Shown: positions 45,152 to 56,323, numbered from the stretch's first letter. The stretch: DNA of 64,000 nt from Nitrospirota bacterium (GCA_963751455.1 CAVVUN010000002.1:416001-480000); one strand, 5' to 3'. Notes: generated by a model not told the origin, from the sequence alone. Program-made: numbers and translations.

Positions 45152-46597
45152 ATGGAACTGAATCAGCTCTGGGAAAAAGTGCCGCCCGACGTTCTTAATT
45201 TTATTTTGCGCAAGGAATCGGTGCGCAAACTTATCCTCAGAAAGGCTGAAGAGAAATTATACAGCGATTTTGTTCTGGGTAATAAAGAGAAGCGTCCGCC
45301 GCGCGTTCAGCAGGGGCGGTACCTTATCCTGAAAAATCTCCTGCGTTCGATAGACAAGGCGATGACCGAAGAGAGGATCTCGCCGGCTGCATCGAGGTCT
45401 ATCTTAAGCAATTTTGTGGGTAAAGTTTTGCTCGGAGAAGAGGACCGCTGCGGCCCTTTCCGCGAGCAGTACGGCGTCTATCCTCCGGCTTTCCTTACGA
45501 TAAGTCCGACTAAAAAATGCAATCTCTTCTGCAAAGGCTGCTATGCTTCGGGCGGTTCATCCGGCAATTCCGAATCGCTGGCATACGACGTTTTCAACAA
45601 AATTTTGGAGGAAAAAAAGAGGCTTTGGGGCTCACATTTTACGGCCATTTCGGGGGGTGAGCCTCTTCTATACCGGGACGGCAAAAAAACGATATTCAAT
45701 ATCTTCGAAGCGCATCAAGACCAGTATTTCATGATGTACACAAACAGCATCCTGGTCTCAAAGGAGACCGCCCGAAGAATGGCAAACCTGGGGAACGTTA
45801 CGCCCGCTGTTTCTCTTGAGGGCTTTGAAAAAGAAACCGACCAGCGCCGGGGCAGGGGTGTTTTCAAAATGATCCTGAGGTCCATGGAGAATCTCCGGCG
45901 AGCGGGGGTTCCCTTCGGCATCAGTGTGACCGCTACGCGCCAGAACGCGGATACAATAATGAAGGACAAATTCGCGGATTTCTTTTTCAAGGAAATGGGG
46001 GCAGTGTACGGATGTATCTTCCAGTACATGCCGATCGGTGGGAGCTGCGGCATGGACATGATGGTCACGCCGGAGCAGCGTGTTGCCCTCTTCCAGAAAG
46101 AACAGCGGATGATCAAGGAATCGAGTCTCTTTCTGGTGGATTTCTGGAACGGAGGGCCCTATACGGTCGGGTGCATGTCAGCCGGCCGGCCGGGCGGGCA
46201 CTTTTACATAGACTGGAACGGCAATATCGCGCCCTGCATTTTTTATCCGTATTACGTCACGAACATATACGACCTTTACCGGAACAACAAGACGTTGAAT
46301 GAAGTCCTGTTCTCGCCGTATTTCAACTCAATCCGCTCGTGGCAGGACGAGTATGGTTACACCCAGCCGCCCGATAAGGTCGGCAATTTCATTGTCCCCT
46401 GCATAGTCAGGGATCATTATAATGAAGCCTTTGTACGGGTGAATGAGTTCGGGGCGCGGCCCATGGATGAAAACGCCGAACACGCCCTGAATGACCAGGA
46501 TTACCGGAAGCGGATGACGGAATACGGGCAGAACGCGAAGTCACTGACCCAGAAGCACTGGGAATCGGAATTCATGGGAAAAGGAACGGAGATATGA
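45152..46597 (+). CDS. radical SAM protein (SPASM/twitch-like)
   Basis: CNLFCKGC, SGGEPL, GCMSAG..YIDWNGNIAPC. Confidence 0.9.
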   Translation: MELNQLWEKVPPDVLNFILRKESVRKLILRKAEEKLYSDFVLGNKEKRPPRVQQGRYLILKNLLRSIDKAMTEERISPAASRSILSNFVGKVLLGEEDRCGPFREQYGVYPPAFLTISPTKKCNLFCKGCYASGGSSGNSESLAYDVFNKILEEKKRLWGSHFTAISGGEPLLYRDGKKTIFNIFEAHQDQYFMMYTNSILVSKETARRMANLGNVTPAVSLEGFEKETDQRRGRGVFKMILRSMENLRRAGVPFGISVTATRQNADTIMKDKFADFFFKEMGAVYGCIFQYMPIGGSCGMDMMVTPEQRVALFQKEQRMIKESSLFLVDFWNGGPYTVGCMSAGRPGGHFYIDWNGNIAPCIFYPYYVTNIYDLYRNNKTLNEVLFSPYFNSIRSWQDEYGYTQPPDKVGNFIVPCIVRDHYNEAFVRVNEFGARPMDENAEHALNDQDYRKRMTEYGQNAKSLTQKHWESEFMGKGTEI

Positions 46598-46849
46598 AAT
46601 CGAAACGCCTGTTAAAGATATTGAAACATCGGCAGGGCCTCATATCGAAAGTGAGGACGTTGTCAGCGTGCCGGCGTCTGCGTCTGCGACGCTATGCGCC
46701 TGTGCCGCTCGGGATTGCATAAGAATAAGCCTAAAAAGAGCATTGGGACGCAGAAAAATCGGATAAACGCGGATAAGGTCGGATAAAAAAACGTTCTTGT
46801 ATCGTAAAAGCAGTCACCCTTCGGGTGAATTTTTTTCTCTAAAAATTCT

Positions 46850-46955
46850 GTAACTACTCAGGTCATTTTTTTATCCGCAGATTACGCAGATTTCGCAGAT
46901 AAAAACAAAACCAGAATTCCGGTTTTAGAATCTGCGTCAATCTGCGAAATCTGCG
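46850..46955. mobile_element. partial GTAACTA-ended MITE copy
   Basis: gtaactactcaggtcatttttttatccgcag... matches 60741 onward, then joins a different repeat end. Confidence 0.8.
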
Positions 46956-46993
46956 TCCAACTGCCGTTTTCAGGATAAGAGGTTACGGCTGTT

Positions 46994-48010
46994 TCATGAT
47001 TCGACAAGCCTGGCGCTTCTTCGCGGGATAGTATCATTGGGCTGAACAAGGACGTTGTTCAGCCCGAACTGTTTTTTAAGCGTCTTAATGTTCGATCGCT
47101 TCTGGCCGATCGCGCTCGAGACGTCCCCGGGATTGACGAGAAATAATGCGCTGCCAGGCGTGCACTTCCCGGCGTATAAGGCCGCTCTCATGCGTTCCAG
47201 CAAAATTGACGATTCCACAAGCTGCCGAAAGGCGGGATGGTAAGGGCCCGCGAGAATCGTTCCCGGCTTTTCCAATTCTTCCGTCGGCTGAAGGCCGACC
47301 CTGATTACCCTGATTCGCGCTGTTTCAAATCTCACAAGCGCTTTTTTGCAGAGATTGACGGCTTCATCAAGTGAGAGAGGAGAATAGCGTCCGGTACAAT
47401 AGAGCTTCTCGAGCGGAGTGTCCCTGATCACGAGCGCCGGGTAAAGACGCACGAAGTCCGGTCCGAGCGCTATCGTCCGTTCAACTGTTTCCATGAATTG
47501 CTCGATAGAATCGCCGGGCAGACCCGGCATCAATTGCATGCCTATCTCAAACCCCTGTTCCTTAAGCATTCTAACCGCGTTTACGGTATCCGATGCCGTG
47601 TGACCCCGACCCGACATGGTCAATACGGTATCGTTCATTGACTGGACGCCGAGTTCGACGGTTTCGACGTGACCTTGTTTAAGGATTGTCAGAATTTCCG
47701 CGCTGACGCAGTCCGGCCTCGTCGAGAGCCTGATGCTCCTGATCCGCCCGGACCGAATGAACGGATCGGCTGCTTTGAGGTAAGCTTGCTGAAGATCGAG
47801 TGGGAGCGCCGTGAATGTTCCGCCGTAGAAGGCGATCTGGGCGGACTCAGTCGCCGTACCAGTCTCAAGATATTCTTTGATTTTTCCGGACAGGGAAACA
47901 GGCTCTACCGATTTTTGCATGCCGGTAATATTTTTCTGGTTGCAAAAAATACATTGATGCGGACATCCGGAATGGGGGATGAAGAAGGGGATGATCATAA
48001 AGTAACTCAT
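46994..48010 (-). CDS. Elp3/YhcC-like radical SAM protein
   Basis: IPHSGCPHQCIFCNQ, FYGGTFT, STRPD, ELGVQS, GPYHPAF. Confidence 0.9.
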   Translation of the reverse strand: MSYFMIIPFFIPHSGCPHQCIFCNQKNITGMQKSVEPVSLSGKIKEYLETGTATESAQIAFYGGTFTALPLDLQQAYLKAADPFIRSGRIRSIRLSTRPDCVSAEILTILKQGHVETVELGVQSMNDTVLTMSGRGHTASDTVNAVRMLKEQGFEIGMQLMPGLPGDSIEQFMETVERTIALGPDFVRLYPALVIRDTPLEKLYCTGRYSPLSLDEAVNLCKKALVRFETARIRVIRVGLQPTEELEKPGTILAGPYHPAFRQLVESSILLERMRAALYAGKCTPGSALFLVNPGDVSSAIGQKRSNIKTLKKQFGLNNVLVQPNDTIPRRSARLVES

Positions 48011-48065
48011 TGAAAATTGCAAATTGGAAAATGCAAATTGAAAATCTATGACACTGCGCGTGCGG

Positions 48066-48761
48066 TCAAGAGCGGATTTCCCGGCCAAACCCGGCCAGGG
48101 CTTCCTTGGCAGCGCGTTGCTCTGCCTCTTTCTTGCTTTTGCCGCTGCCGCGGCCTTTCACGTTTCCGTTGATCAAAACCTCGACCTCAAACTGCTTCTG
48201 GTGGTCCGGACCGGTCTCCGAAGCAATCCGGTATTCCGGGAGCTGCCTGAGACGGTCCTGGCAGAGTTCCTGGAGTTCGGTTTTGTAGTCCAGCGCTGAG
48301 GGCATGCTGCAGCTTAACCTCATTATTTCTTCAAAAAAGCGTATCACGAACGCTTCGGCCGTCTGTTTACCGGCATCGAGGTAAATGGACGCAATGAGCG
48401 CTTCCAGGCAGTCGGCAAGCAGGGAGTCCTTGTTCCGGCCCCCTGTCTGCTCTTCTCCGCGCCCCAGCAGCAGATAAGTCCCTAGTCCGAGCCTGCGGGC
48501 AACGGCCGCCAGAGCGGGTTCGCTGACGATGGAGGCGCGGAGTTTGGAAAGTTCACCCTCGCTTGATGCCGGACACAACTTCATTAAATATTCACTAACA
48601 AGGAAATTGAGGACGGAGTCCCCGAGGAACTCCATCCGTTCATTATGGTAGGGCACTTTGTTTTCGTTGGCGTAGGACTTGTGAGTGAGGGCGCGTTCGA
48701 GCAACTCGGGATTGCTGAACCGATGGCCGATGCGCTCCTGCATGTCCAAGAGGGAAGGCAT
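48066..48761 (-). CDS. rnc: ribonuclease III
   Basis: ALTHKS, NERMEFLGDS, LADCLEALI, dsRBD KTELQE..SKKEAEQ. Confidence 0.97.
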   Translation of the reverse strand: MPSLLDMQERIGHRFSNPELLERALTHKSYANENKVPYHNERMEFLGDSVLNFLVSEYLMKLCPASSEGELSKLRASIVSEPALAAVARRLGLGTYLLLGRGEEQTGGRNKDSLLADCLEALIASIYLDAGKQTAEAFVIRFFEEIMRLSCSMPSALDYKTELQELCQDRLRQLPEYRIASETGPDHQKQFEVEVLINGNVKGRGSGKSKKEAEQRAAKEALAGFGREIRS

Positions 48762-48810
48762 AGTACTCCGTCACAGAAAGCCGCCCGTATTACGGTTACC
48801 CGGACAGGGT

Positions 48811-50067
48811 TTATTTCCGGAATTTTCTGAAGACCAGGCACGCATTGGTGCCGCCGAACCCGAAGGAATTAGACATGACCACCTCTACAGAAGCTTTTCT
48901 CGCGACATTTGGAACATAATCGAGGTCGCATTCCGGGTCGGGGTGCTCCAGGTTGATGGTCGGCGGCAGAACGCCGCGATCCATGGCAAGAACGGATATG
49001 ACGGCCTCCACACCCCCGGCAGCGCCGAGCAGATGCCCGGTCATCGATTTCGTGGAGCTTACCGGGATTTTGTAAGCCCTGTCGCCGAACACGGTCTTGA
49101 TCGCAGTTGTTTCGAGCTCGTCGCCGAACTTCGTGGAAGTGCCGTGGGCGTTAATGTACCCCATTTCGGCCGGATCGATGCGGGCGTCCTTGATCGCCAT
49201 CTTCATGCAGCGTGCAGCGCCTTCCCCATTCGGAGCGGGCGCTGTGATGTGATATGCATCGCCCGACGCTCCGTAGCCGATAATCTCGGCGTAAATCCGG
49301 GCGCCACGCTTAAGCGCGAATTCCATTTCCTCCAGGATGACCACTCCGGATCCCTCGCCCATGATGAACCCGTCCCGTTCAGTATCAAACGGACGGCTCG
49401 CGCGCTGGGGTTCAGCGTTGCGGGTTGAAAGGGCTTTCATGGCATTGAACCCTCCCACGCCGAGGACGCAGATGCACGATTCCGATCCGCCGGCGATCAT
49501 GGCGTCCGCGTCGCCCCGCTGTATCCACTTGAAGGCATCGCCGATAGAATGGGTCCCTGTGGCGCATGCCGTGACCACGCAGATGTTCGGTCCCTTGGCG
49601 CCGTACCTGATCGAAATCATTCCGGCGGACTCGTTTATGATCAGCATCGGGATGAAAAACGGAGTTATTTTCCGGAAACCGCGCTCGAGATAAACCTTGT
49701 GGTATTTCTCGATGGACGGGAGCCCGCCCATGCCTGCGCTCACCATGACACCGATGCGCTCGGCGTTCTCGGGCGTGATCTTGAGGCCGGACATGTCCAT
49801 GGCCATCTGGCTGGCGGCGATCCCGAGCTGGATAAAGCGGTCCATTTTCTTGATCTCTTTAAGCTCGATGTACTTCTCGGGCTGGAAGCCCGGGATCTCG
49901 CCTGCTATCTGTGTGGGAACGGTTTTATCATCGAATTGCGTTATCGGACCGATTCCGGACTTGCCGCTGATCAGACCTTCCCAGCTTGTTTCGGTATCGA
50001 GGCCGACGGGCGTTATCATTCCGACCCCGGTAACGACGACTCTTTTCCTCAAAAGACCCTCCTGCAT
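48811..50067 (-). CDS. fabF: beta-ketoacyl-ACP synthase II
   Basis: [39 protein letters not shown]. Confidence 0.97.
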   Translation of the reverse strand: MQEGLLRKRVVVTGVGMITPVGLDTETSWEGLISGKSGIGPITQFDDKTVPTQIAGEIPGFQPEKYIELKEIKKMDRFIQLGIAASQMAMDMSGLKITPENAERIGVMVSAGMGGLPSIEKYHKVYLERGFRKITPFFIPMLIINESAGMISIRYGAKGPNICVVTACATGTHSIGDAFKWIQRGDADAMIAGGSESCICVLGVGGFNAMKALSTRNAEPQRASRPFDTERDGFIMGEGSGVVILEEMEFALKRGARIYAEIIGYGASGDAYHITAPAPNGEGAARCMKMAIKDARIDPAEMGYINAHGTSTKFGDELETTAIKTVFGDRAYKIPVSSTKSMTGHLLGAAGGVEAVISVLAMDRGVLPPTINLEHPDPECDLDYVPNVARKASVEVVMSNSFGFGGTNACLVFRKFRK

Positions 50068-50295
50068 TCGGCCAAGGACTCAACAGCGGTAAACACAACA
50101 GCTTTAAACTCGATTGTCCGACATCCGCCTTCGGATTACGATCGATATCTGTTTCTGTGAACCTGTTTATCCGCGGTTCAATGCCTTATAGGATAAAAAA
50201 TCCGAAAAGCCAAAAAACCGGCGCCGTGTCTGCGGGTCGGTCTTCTGGCTTTCGGAAAAATATTTCAAAAATACTTTCGGTTCAATGCTGAAACA

Positions 50296-50532
50296 CTACT
50301 TGGCTTTTGCCTTGATATAATCCATAGCGTTTTGGACCGTCGCTATTTTCTCTGCATCTTCATCCGGGATTTCAACGCCGAATTCTTCTTCCAGCGCCAT
50401 GACGAGTTCCACGGTGTCGAGCGAGTCAGCGCCCAGGTCGTTGACGAACGACGCCTCAGGTTTTACGTCGCCTTCGGGCACACCGAGCTGCTCGGAAATA
50501 ATCTTTTTCACTTTTGCGTCTATATCTGCCAT
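50296..50532 (-). CDS. acpP: acyl carrier protein
   Basis: [20 protein letters not shown]. Confidence 0.98.
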   Translation of the reverse strand: MADIDAKVKKIISEQLGVPEGDVKPEASFVNDLGADSLDTVELVMALEEEFGVEIPDEDAEKIATVQNAMDYIKAKAK

Positions 50533-50610
50533 TGTTATCCTCCTGTAGTTGTATCCTAATTTTCTGATCTTATTGATATGATGAACATGAATCCGGAATC
50601 CGCACTACCA

Positions 50611-51351
50611 TTACATATACATTCCGCCGTTCACGTGTATCACTTGGCCGGTAATGTACGACGCCCACGGAGAAGCGAGGAAGCGTACCGCGTTCGCGAC
50701 ATCCTCGGCTGTGCCGAGCTTTCCCATTGGAATCTGCTTCGCGAGTTCCGCCCTGACGTTTTCGGACAATGCCTGAGTCATGGCTGTGTCGATGAAGCCC
50801 GGCGCCACCGCGTTCGCCGTTATGCCGCGGTTCGCATATTCCCGTGCGATTGTTTTCGTGAGACCGATCAGGCCCGCCTTCGAAGCGACGTAATTGGCCT
50901 GTCCGGCATTGCCCATCGCGCCCACGATCGATGCGATGTTGATGATCGTCCCGCCCCGCTGCTTGCTCATATATTTGAGCGCGGCCTTGGCGCACAGAAA
51001 TGACCCCTTCAAATTGATACCGAGCACCAGGTCCCAGTCCTCCTCCTTCATCCTGAGAATAAGACCGTCCCGGGTAATGCCGGCGTTGTTTACCAGGATA
51101 TCGATCTTCCCGAATTTGGCGACAACCTGGTCGATCATTGCCGTTACATCCGCTGACGACGCAACATTGGCTTTGGTCGCTAGCGATTTTCTGCCTTTAT
51201 TTTCAATGTCTGCTGCGGTTTTCTCTGCCGCTTCCAGGTTTATATCGCAAATTGCCACATCTGCGCCGTCAGCGGCAAGCGCGAGCGCAATATCTCTGCC
51301 GATACCCTGCGCGGCGCCGGTAACGAGCGCTGTTTTTCCGTTCAAACTCAT
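50611..51351 (-). CDS. fabG: 3-oxoacyl-ACP reductase
   Basis: TGAAQGIG, NNAGITRD, NYVASK, APGFI. Confidence 0.97.
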   Translation of the reverse strand: MSLNGKTALVTGAAQGIGRDIALALAADGADVAICDINLEAAEKTAADIENKGRKSLATKANVASSADVTAMIDQVVAKFGKIDILVNNAGITRDGLILRMKEEDWDLVLGINLKGSFLCAKAALKYMSKQRGGTIINIASIVGAMGNAGQANYVASKAGLIGLTKTIAREYANRGITANAVAPGFIDTAMTQALSENVRAELAKQIPMGKLGTAEDVANAVRFLASPWASYITGQVIHVNGGMYM

Positions 51352-51389
51352 TCAATGCTCCTATCGCAAGCCAGGGATCTGCTCACGAA

Positions 51390-51803
51390 TTATTTTTTTG
51401 AACATTTACTGTCCTTGAGAGTCAATCCGTTCAACGAGAATATGTTGTATTTTTCGAATTTGCCGGTGCAGGTCACGGAGTCATTCTTGTGGAACTTGGA
51501 TACATCATCCACAATCGCGTCGACGACAAAATTTTTCTCTCTGCCGGGAACAGTAATCCACAGCACTACTTTTTCGCCCCGTTTCCCGCTCTCAACATCC
51601 TGGACCTTGCCCGAGGCAGTGACGTCTTTGCCCTTCATATCCTTCATGTACGATTTTATTTCCGACTTTGTATACTTTTCCTTGTTCATGTGCTGAGCGA
51701 TCGTGGCAGCGTCCTGAGCGGCGAAAGCCGCGTTCCCGAAAATCATGAGAAAAGATGCTACAGCTGACGCCAGGATAGTGGATCTGAAAATTATCACACT
51801 CAT
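51390..51803 (-). CDS. exported Lys-rich OB-fold-like protein
   Basis: signal peptide AAFA; KGKDVTASGKV.DV...VTCTGK. Confidence 0.6.
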   Translation of the reverse strand: MSVIIFRSTILASAVASFLMIFGNAAFAAQDAATIAQHMNKEKYTKSEIKSYMKDMKGKDVTASGKVQDVESGKRGEKVVLWITVPGREKNFVVDAIVDDVSKFHKNDSVTCTGKFEKYNIFSLNGLTLKDSKCSKK

Positions 51804-51834
51804 ACAAAACCTCCCCGGTATAGTGAAATTTCGA

Positions 51835-52767
51835 TCAAGCTCCAACAGCACTGAGCGTATCATTCATGGTCCTTATGTCTTCAACATTCAGTATTTTTGC
51901 TTCCCGTGCGATTCGTTTTACGAGGCCGGAAAGCACTTTACCAGGTCCGATTTCGATAAAGGTATCGAAGCCTTCGGCAACCAGGTTCTTAATCGAGTCT
52001 TCCCAATAGAGCGGAGCGCTGATTTGTCTTACGAGCGATTGCCTGAGTTCGGATGCGGCTTTCAGGAACTTCGCATCTGCGTTGTTAACGAGTGGAATGC
52101 GAAGATCGGCGATCGATATTTTTTCCAATTCTTTTGCCAGCCGCTCGCCAGCCTGTTCCATCATGCCGCAGTGCGACGGGACGCTTACAGAAAGAGGCAC
52201 TACTTTTTTAGCTCCTGCCGATTTTGCCAGTTCCATTGCCTTTTCAACTGCTTTTTTTTCACCGGCAATGACGATTTGACCGGGGCTGTTATAATTTGCA
52301 GGGGCAACTATACCATTTTTAGCAGCTTCAAGGCAAGTTTTTTCTACGTCCTGCCGCTCCATTCCAAGGACGGCTGCCATGAGACCGGCGCCTGCGGGAA
52401 CCGCTTCCTGCATGTACCGGCCGCGTTTTTGAACGAGAGAAACGGCGTCCACGAAATTAAACCCGCCTGCAGCGGTTATCGCCGTATATTCACCGAGGCT
52501 GTGCCCGGCAACGGCTGCAGCGGAAAGGCCGCGACGCTCGAGCGGACGAAGAATCGCGATGCTCGCCGTAAGGATTGCCGGCTGCGTGTTCTCGGTCTGG
52601 TTCAGTTTTTCAACGGGGCCCTGCAGGCACAGTTCAGCCACATTGAAACCGAGCACCTGGCCGGCATGATCGAACACTTCCTTGGATTCAGGAAAATTTT
52701 CGATGAATTCCCTTGCCATGCCCGGGTATTGCGAGCCCTGGCCGGGAAAGATGAAGGCGATTTTCAT
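51835..52767 (-). CDS. fabD: malonyl-CoA:ACP transacylase
   Basis: FPGQGSQ, TQPA, GHSLGEY, EIGPG. Confidence 0.97.
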   Translation of the reverse strand: MKIAFIFPGQGSQYPGMAREFIENFPESKEVFDHAGQVLGFNVAELCLQGPVEKLNQTENTQPAILTASIAILRPLERRGLSAAAVAGHSLGEYTAITAAGGFNFVDAVSLVQKRGRYMQEAVPAGAGLMAAVLGMERQDVEKTCLEAAKNGIVAPANYNSPGQIVIAGEKKAVEKAMELAKSAGAKKVVPLSVSVPSHCGMMEQAGERLAKELEKISIADLRIPLVNNADAKFLKAASELRQSLVRQISAPLYWEDSIKNLVAEGFDTFIEIGPGKVLSGLVKRIAREAKILNVEDIRTMNDTLSAVGA

Positions 52768-52857
52768 GTAGGTTCCAATCTCGATAAAGCTATTGGACGC
52801 GGATTTTTGCTGATGACGCAGATTGAACGACAGCGTTTATCTGCGTCCAAAAATTTT

Positions 52858-54051
52858 TTAGCCGCTTATTTCTTTGAACTTCCTGATCATGACCGGCAGA
52901 ACTTCCATCACGTCTCCCACGATGCCGTAGGTTGCGACGCTGAAGATCGGCGCATTCGGATCTTTATTGATGGCGACGATGACGTCCGAGGACTGCATGC
53001 CGGCCAGGTGCTGGATCGCCCCTGATATGCCTGCCGCGATATAGAGTTTGGGGCAGACCGTTTTCCCTGTCTGTCCGACCTGGTGCGAGTACGCGATCCA
53101 ACCCTCATCCACTGCTCCCCTGGTAGCGCCGATAGCGCCTCCGAGCGTCTTGGCAAGTTCCTGGAGCAGCTCGAAGTTCTTCGAGCAACCCATACCGCGC
53201 CCTCCGGCCACGATTACGTCGGCTTCACAGATATTGATTGTTTCGGTCAGTTCATCCACGGTCTTAAGGACCTTTGTCCGCATATCTGCCGCTGCCGTGA
53301 ATTTAAAGTCAATGACGTTGCCTTTCCGGGACGGGTCAGGCACGGCCTTTTTCATTACTTTATGCCTGACCGTTGCCATTTGAGGCCGGTGATTGGGGGA
53401 AACGATCGTCGCCATTATATTTCCCCCGAAGGCCGGGCGCGTCTGGTGCAGATTGCCGCTCTCCGGGTCTATATCAAGCATAGTGCAGTCGGCCGTAAGC
53501 CCGGTGTAGAGCTTTGCCGCAACTTTCGGAATGAATGAGCGACCGATCGCGGTTGCGCCGGCAAGGATGATCTCGGGCTTGTGGAGCGTTGCCAGATTTG
53601 TCAGGACTGCACTGTAGGAGTCGTCGTTAAAATCCTTGAGCGAGGGATCATCCGCAGCATAGACGGTGTCCGCGCCGTGCGCTATAAGCTCCAGGGCCTT
53701 ATCCTTGATCTTGTGACCGACAAGCACCGCGGAGAGCTTTGTTTTCCGCTTGTCTGCGAGCTTCCTTCCTTCGCCCAGCAGTTCGAGTGCAACACTTGAT
53801 ATGCAGCCCTTGTTCTGCTCGGCAAACACCCATACGCCTTTGTAAGCCGAAAGGTCCTTTGCCGCGGCAACCGGTTCTTCACCAATCCGCTCGATTGCTT
53901 TGAATTCGCAGGCTTCAACGCAGGCTCCGCACATTGTGCAGCTTTCCGTTATGAAGGCGCTGCCGTTGCGCATTTCGATTGCCCCGAAGGGGCAGGTCGA
54001 TACGCACGTTTCACATCCGGTACATTTGTCAATATCGACTTTGATGCTCAC
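52858..54051 (-). CDS. etfA: ETF alpha subunit with N-terminal 2x[4Fe-4S] ferredoxin
   Basis: CTGCETC..CP and CTMCGAC..C; [22 protein letters not shown]. Confidence 0.93.
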   Translation of the reverse strand: MSIKVDIDKCTGCETCVSTCPFGAIEMRNGSAFITESCTMCGACVEACEFKAIERIGEEPVAAAKDLSAYKGVWVFAEQNKGCISSVALELLGEGRKLADKRKTKLSAVLVGHKIKDKALELIAHGADTVYAADDPSLKDFNDDSYSAVLTNLATLHKPEIILAGATAIGRSFIPKVAAKLYTGLTADCTMLDIDPESGNLHQTRPAFGGNIMATIVSPNHRPQMATVRHKVMKKAVPDPSRKGNVIDFKFTAAADMRTKVLKTVDELTETINICEADVIVAGGRGMGCSKNFELLQELAKTLGGAIGATRGAVDEGWIAYSHQVGQTGKTVCPKLYIAAGISGAIQHLAGMQSSDVIVAINKDPNAPIFSVATYGIVGDVMEVLPVMIRKFKEISG

Positions 54052-54098
54052 TGTTACTCCTCAGCTTGAAAATGATGCAGGATCATGGATCGTGCTTC

Positions 54099-54884
54099 TT
54101 AAAGCAATGATTGCTCTTTCAGCTTCTTCGCCACCAGCTCGATCTGCTGTTCTACTGAGCCGGACAGGATCTCGCGCTGTCCGCGGGGCACGGGCGGGAA
54201 GATTCTGACCACCTTGGTCGGTGAACCCTTGAGCCCGATCAAATTCTCGTCCGCTTCAATATCTTTTGCCGTCAACGTGGCGACCTTGAGGTTCTTGGCC
54301 TTCATTTTGCCCTTCAAGGACGGCAAACGCGGCTGGTTGATCTCTTTGACAACGGTGATAAGGGCGGGAAGGGAAGTTTCTACGACGTCGAAGCCTTCAT
54401 CCATCATCCTCTCGACTGTCATGGTGCGATCCTGTACATTTTCTATTTTACGGATATACGCTACGAAGGGGATGCCGAGCATATCGGCAGTCTCGGGTCC
54501 AACCTGCGCGGTATCGCCGTCTATTGCCTGCTTGCCCGCAATAATCAGGTCATAATTCCCGATCTTCTTGATACCTTTGGCAAGAGTATACGACGTGGCC
54601 CAGGTATCTGCGCCTGCAAACGCCCGATCGGAGATGAGGACCACGTCGTCAACTCCCATTGCCACTGCGTCTTTCAGCGCTTCGGAAGCCTGCGGCGGTC
54701 CCATTGTAACAGCCGTCACCTTGCCGCCGTGCTTTTCCCGCAGGCGCAGCGCCTCTTCGAGAGCGTACATATCGTAAGGGTTGATTATGCTGGGCACACC
54801 GTCTCGGATGAGCGTGTTCGTCTCCCTGTTGATCTTGACTTCCGACGTGTCGGGGACCTGTTTAACCAGAACAATAATATTCAT
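54099..54884 (-). CDS. etfB: ETF beta subunit
   Basis: KQVPD, INPYD, GADT.ATS, GKQAIDGDTAQVGP. Confidence 0.95.
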   Translation of the reverse strand: MNIIVLVKQVPDTSEVKINRETNTLIRDGVPSIINPYDMYALEEALRLREKHGGKVTAVTMGPPQASEALKDAVAMGVDDVVLISDRAFAGADTWATSYTLAKGIKKIGNYDLIIAGKQAIDGDTAQVGPETADMLGIPFVAYIRKIENVQDRTMTVERMMDEGFDVVETSLPALITVVKEINQPRLPSLKGKMKAKNLKVATLTAKDIEADENLIGLKGSPTKVVRIFPPVPRGQREILSGSVEQQIELVAKKLKEQSLL

Positions 54885-55024
54885 GAACTACTCCATGTAC
54901 CCACTCTATTGTTATCCGCAGATTACGCAGATAAAACAAAACTTGAATTAAGCTTTAAGAATCTGCGTCATCTGCGAAAATCTGCGGATGAATGGTTTTT
55001 CCTGGGTGTAATTTGGGTGTGTTT

Positions 55025-56182
55025 CTATTTCTGTCTCGTTGCTTCCCTGATCATGTCCAGGGCAACCACGTTGCGCTGGATCTGGTTCGTGCCCTCGTAG
55101 ATTTGGAGGATCTTGGCGTCGCGCATCATTTTTTCTACGGGGTATTCTTTCATATAGCCCGACCCGCCCATGACCTGCACGGCGTCGATAGTTACCTTCA
55201 TGGCCGTGTCCGTGGCGAAAAGCTTGGCCATGGCGGAGGCCCGTGAAATGTCCTTAGCGCCGCTGTCGATGAACCGTGCAACGGCATACACGAGAGCACG
55301 CGCCGCTTCGGTCTGCGTCTGCATGTCCGCCAGCATGTGTTGAATTGCCTGGAACGAGGTAATGGGCTGGCCGAACTGTACCCGCTGTTTCGCGAATTTG
55401 ATGGCTTCATCGATTGCGCCCTGGGCCACGCCGACGCCCTGCGCGCCCACTCCCGTGCGGGAACTGTCCAGGGTCTTCATGGCCACAATGAAGCCCATGC
55501 CTTCTTTCGAGATCAGATTTTCTTTCGGGATGCGGCAATTATTGAAAATGAGCTCCGTGGTGGATGATGCGCGGATGCCCATTTTGTTCTCTTTCTTGCC
55601 GAAGGTGAACCCGGGCGTGCCTTTTTCAACGATAAACGCCGATGCTCCACGCGCCCCCTTGGACCTGTCCGTTATGGCAATGATCGTATAGATATCCGCC
55701 TCGCCGCCGTTCGTGATCCACTGCTTGGTGCCGTTGATTACGTATTCATTGCCGTCAAGTTTTGCCGTAGTCTGCACGCCGCTTGCGTCGCTGCCGGCAT
55801 TCGCTTCGGTAAGCCCGAATGCCACCAGCTTTTTCCCGGAAGCGATTTCAGGGAGATATTTTTTCTTCTGGGCGTCGGAGCCGTTAAGCAGGATAGGGTA
55901 GGTGCCCAGCGCATTTGCTGCAAAACTCGTGGAAACGCCGAGGCATGCCTTGGACAGTTCTTCAACCGCGATGTAGAGATCGAGTGCCTTTCTTCCGAGA
56001 CCGCCGTACTCCTCGGGGATATAGATGCCGAAGAGGTCCGCCTGTGCAATCGCTTTCATGATATCCGACGGGAATTTATTCTGTTCATCGAGTTCGGCGC
56101 GAACCGGCACGATCTTTTCCTGCGCGATCTGTCGTGCGAGGTCGCGGATCATGATCTGCTCTTCCGTCAGCAAGTAGTCCAT
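55025..56182 (-). CDS. acyl-CoA dehydrogenase (butyryl-CoA type)
   Basis: FGLTEANAGSD, NGTKQWIT, KMGIRAS, RVQFG, RDAKILQIYEGTNQIQR. Confidence 0.94.
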   Translation of the reverse strand: MDYLLTEEQIMIRDLARQIAQEKIVPVRAELDEQNKFPSDIMKAIAQADLFGIYIPEEYGGLGRKALDLYIAVEELSKACLGVSTSFAANALGTYPILLNGSDAQKKKYLPEIASGKKLVAFGLTEANAGSDASGVQTTAKLDGNEYVINGTKQWITNGGEADIYTIIAITDRSKGARGASAFIVEKGTPGFTFGKKENKMGIRASSTTELIFNNCRIPKENLISKEGMGFIVAMKTLDSSRTGVGAQGVGVAQGAIDEAIKFAKQRVQFGQPITSFQAIQHMLADMQTQTEAARALVYAVARFIDSGAKDISRASAMAKLFATDTAMKVTIDAVQVMGGSGYMKEYPVEKMMRDAKILQIYEGTNQIQRNVVALDMIREATRQK

Positions 56183-56323
56183 TGAAACCTCCAAGGATAA
56201 ATTTCAAAATCCCAAACCACAAATAATTCCAAGACGTTAAAATTAAATTTCAGATAACAGCGTTTGATATTTGGCTCTAAAATTGGAATTTATTATTTGA
56301 TGCTTGTCCAGAGATGCTTTCCG

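Noticed and set aside
51745-53025. Long antisense ORFs (e.g. 426 aa here, 5929-6855, 36142-37029)
   Set aside because: They are shadows of well-supported genes on the opposite strand and have no recognisable motifs.
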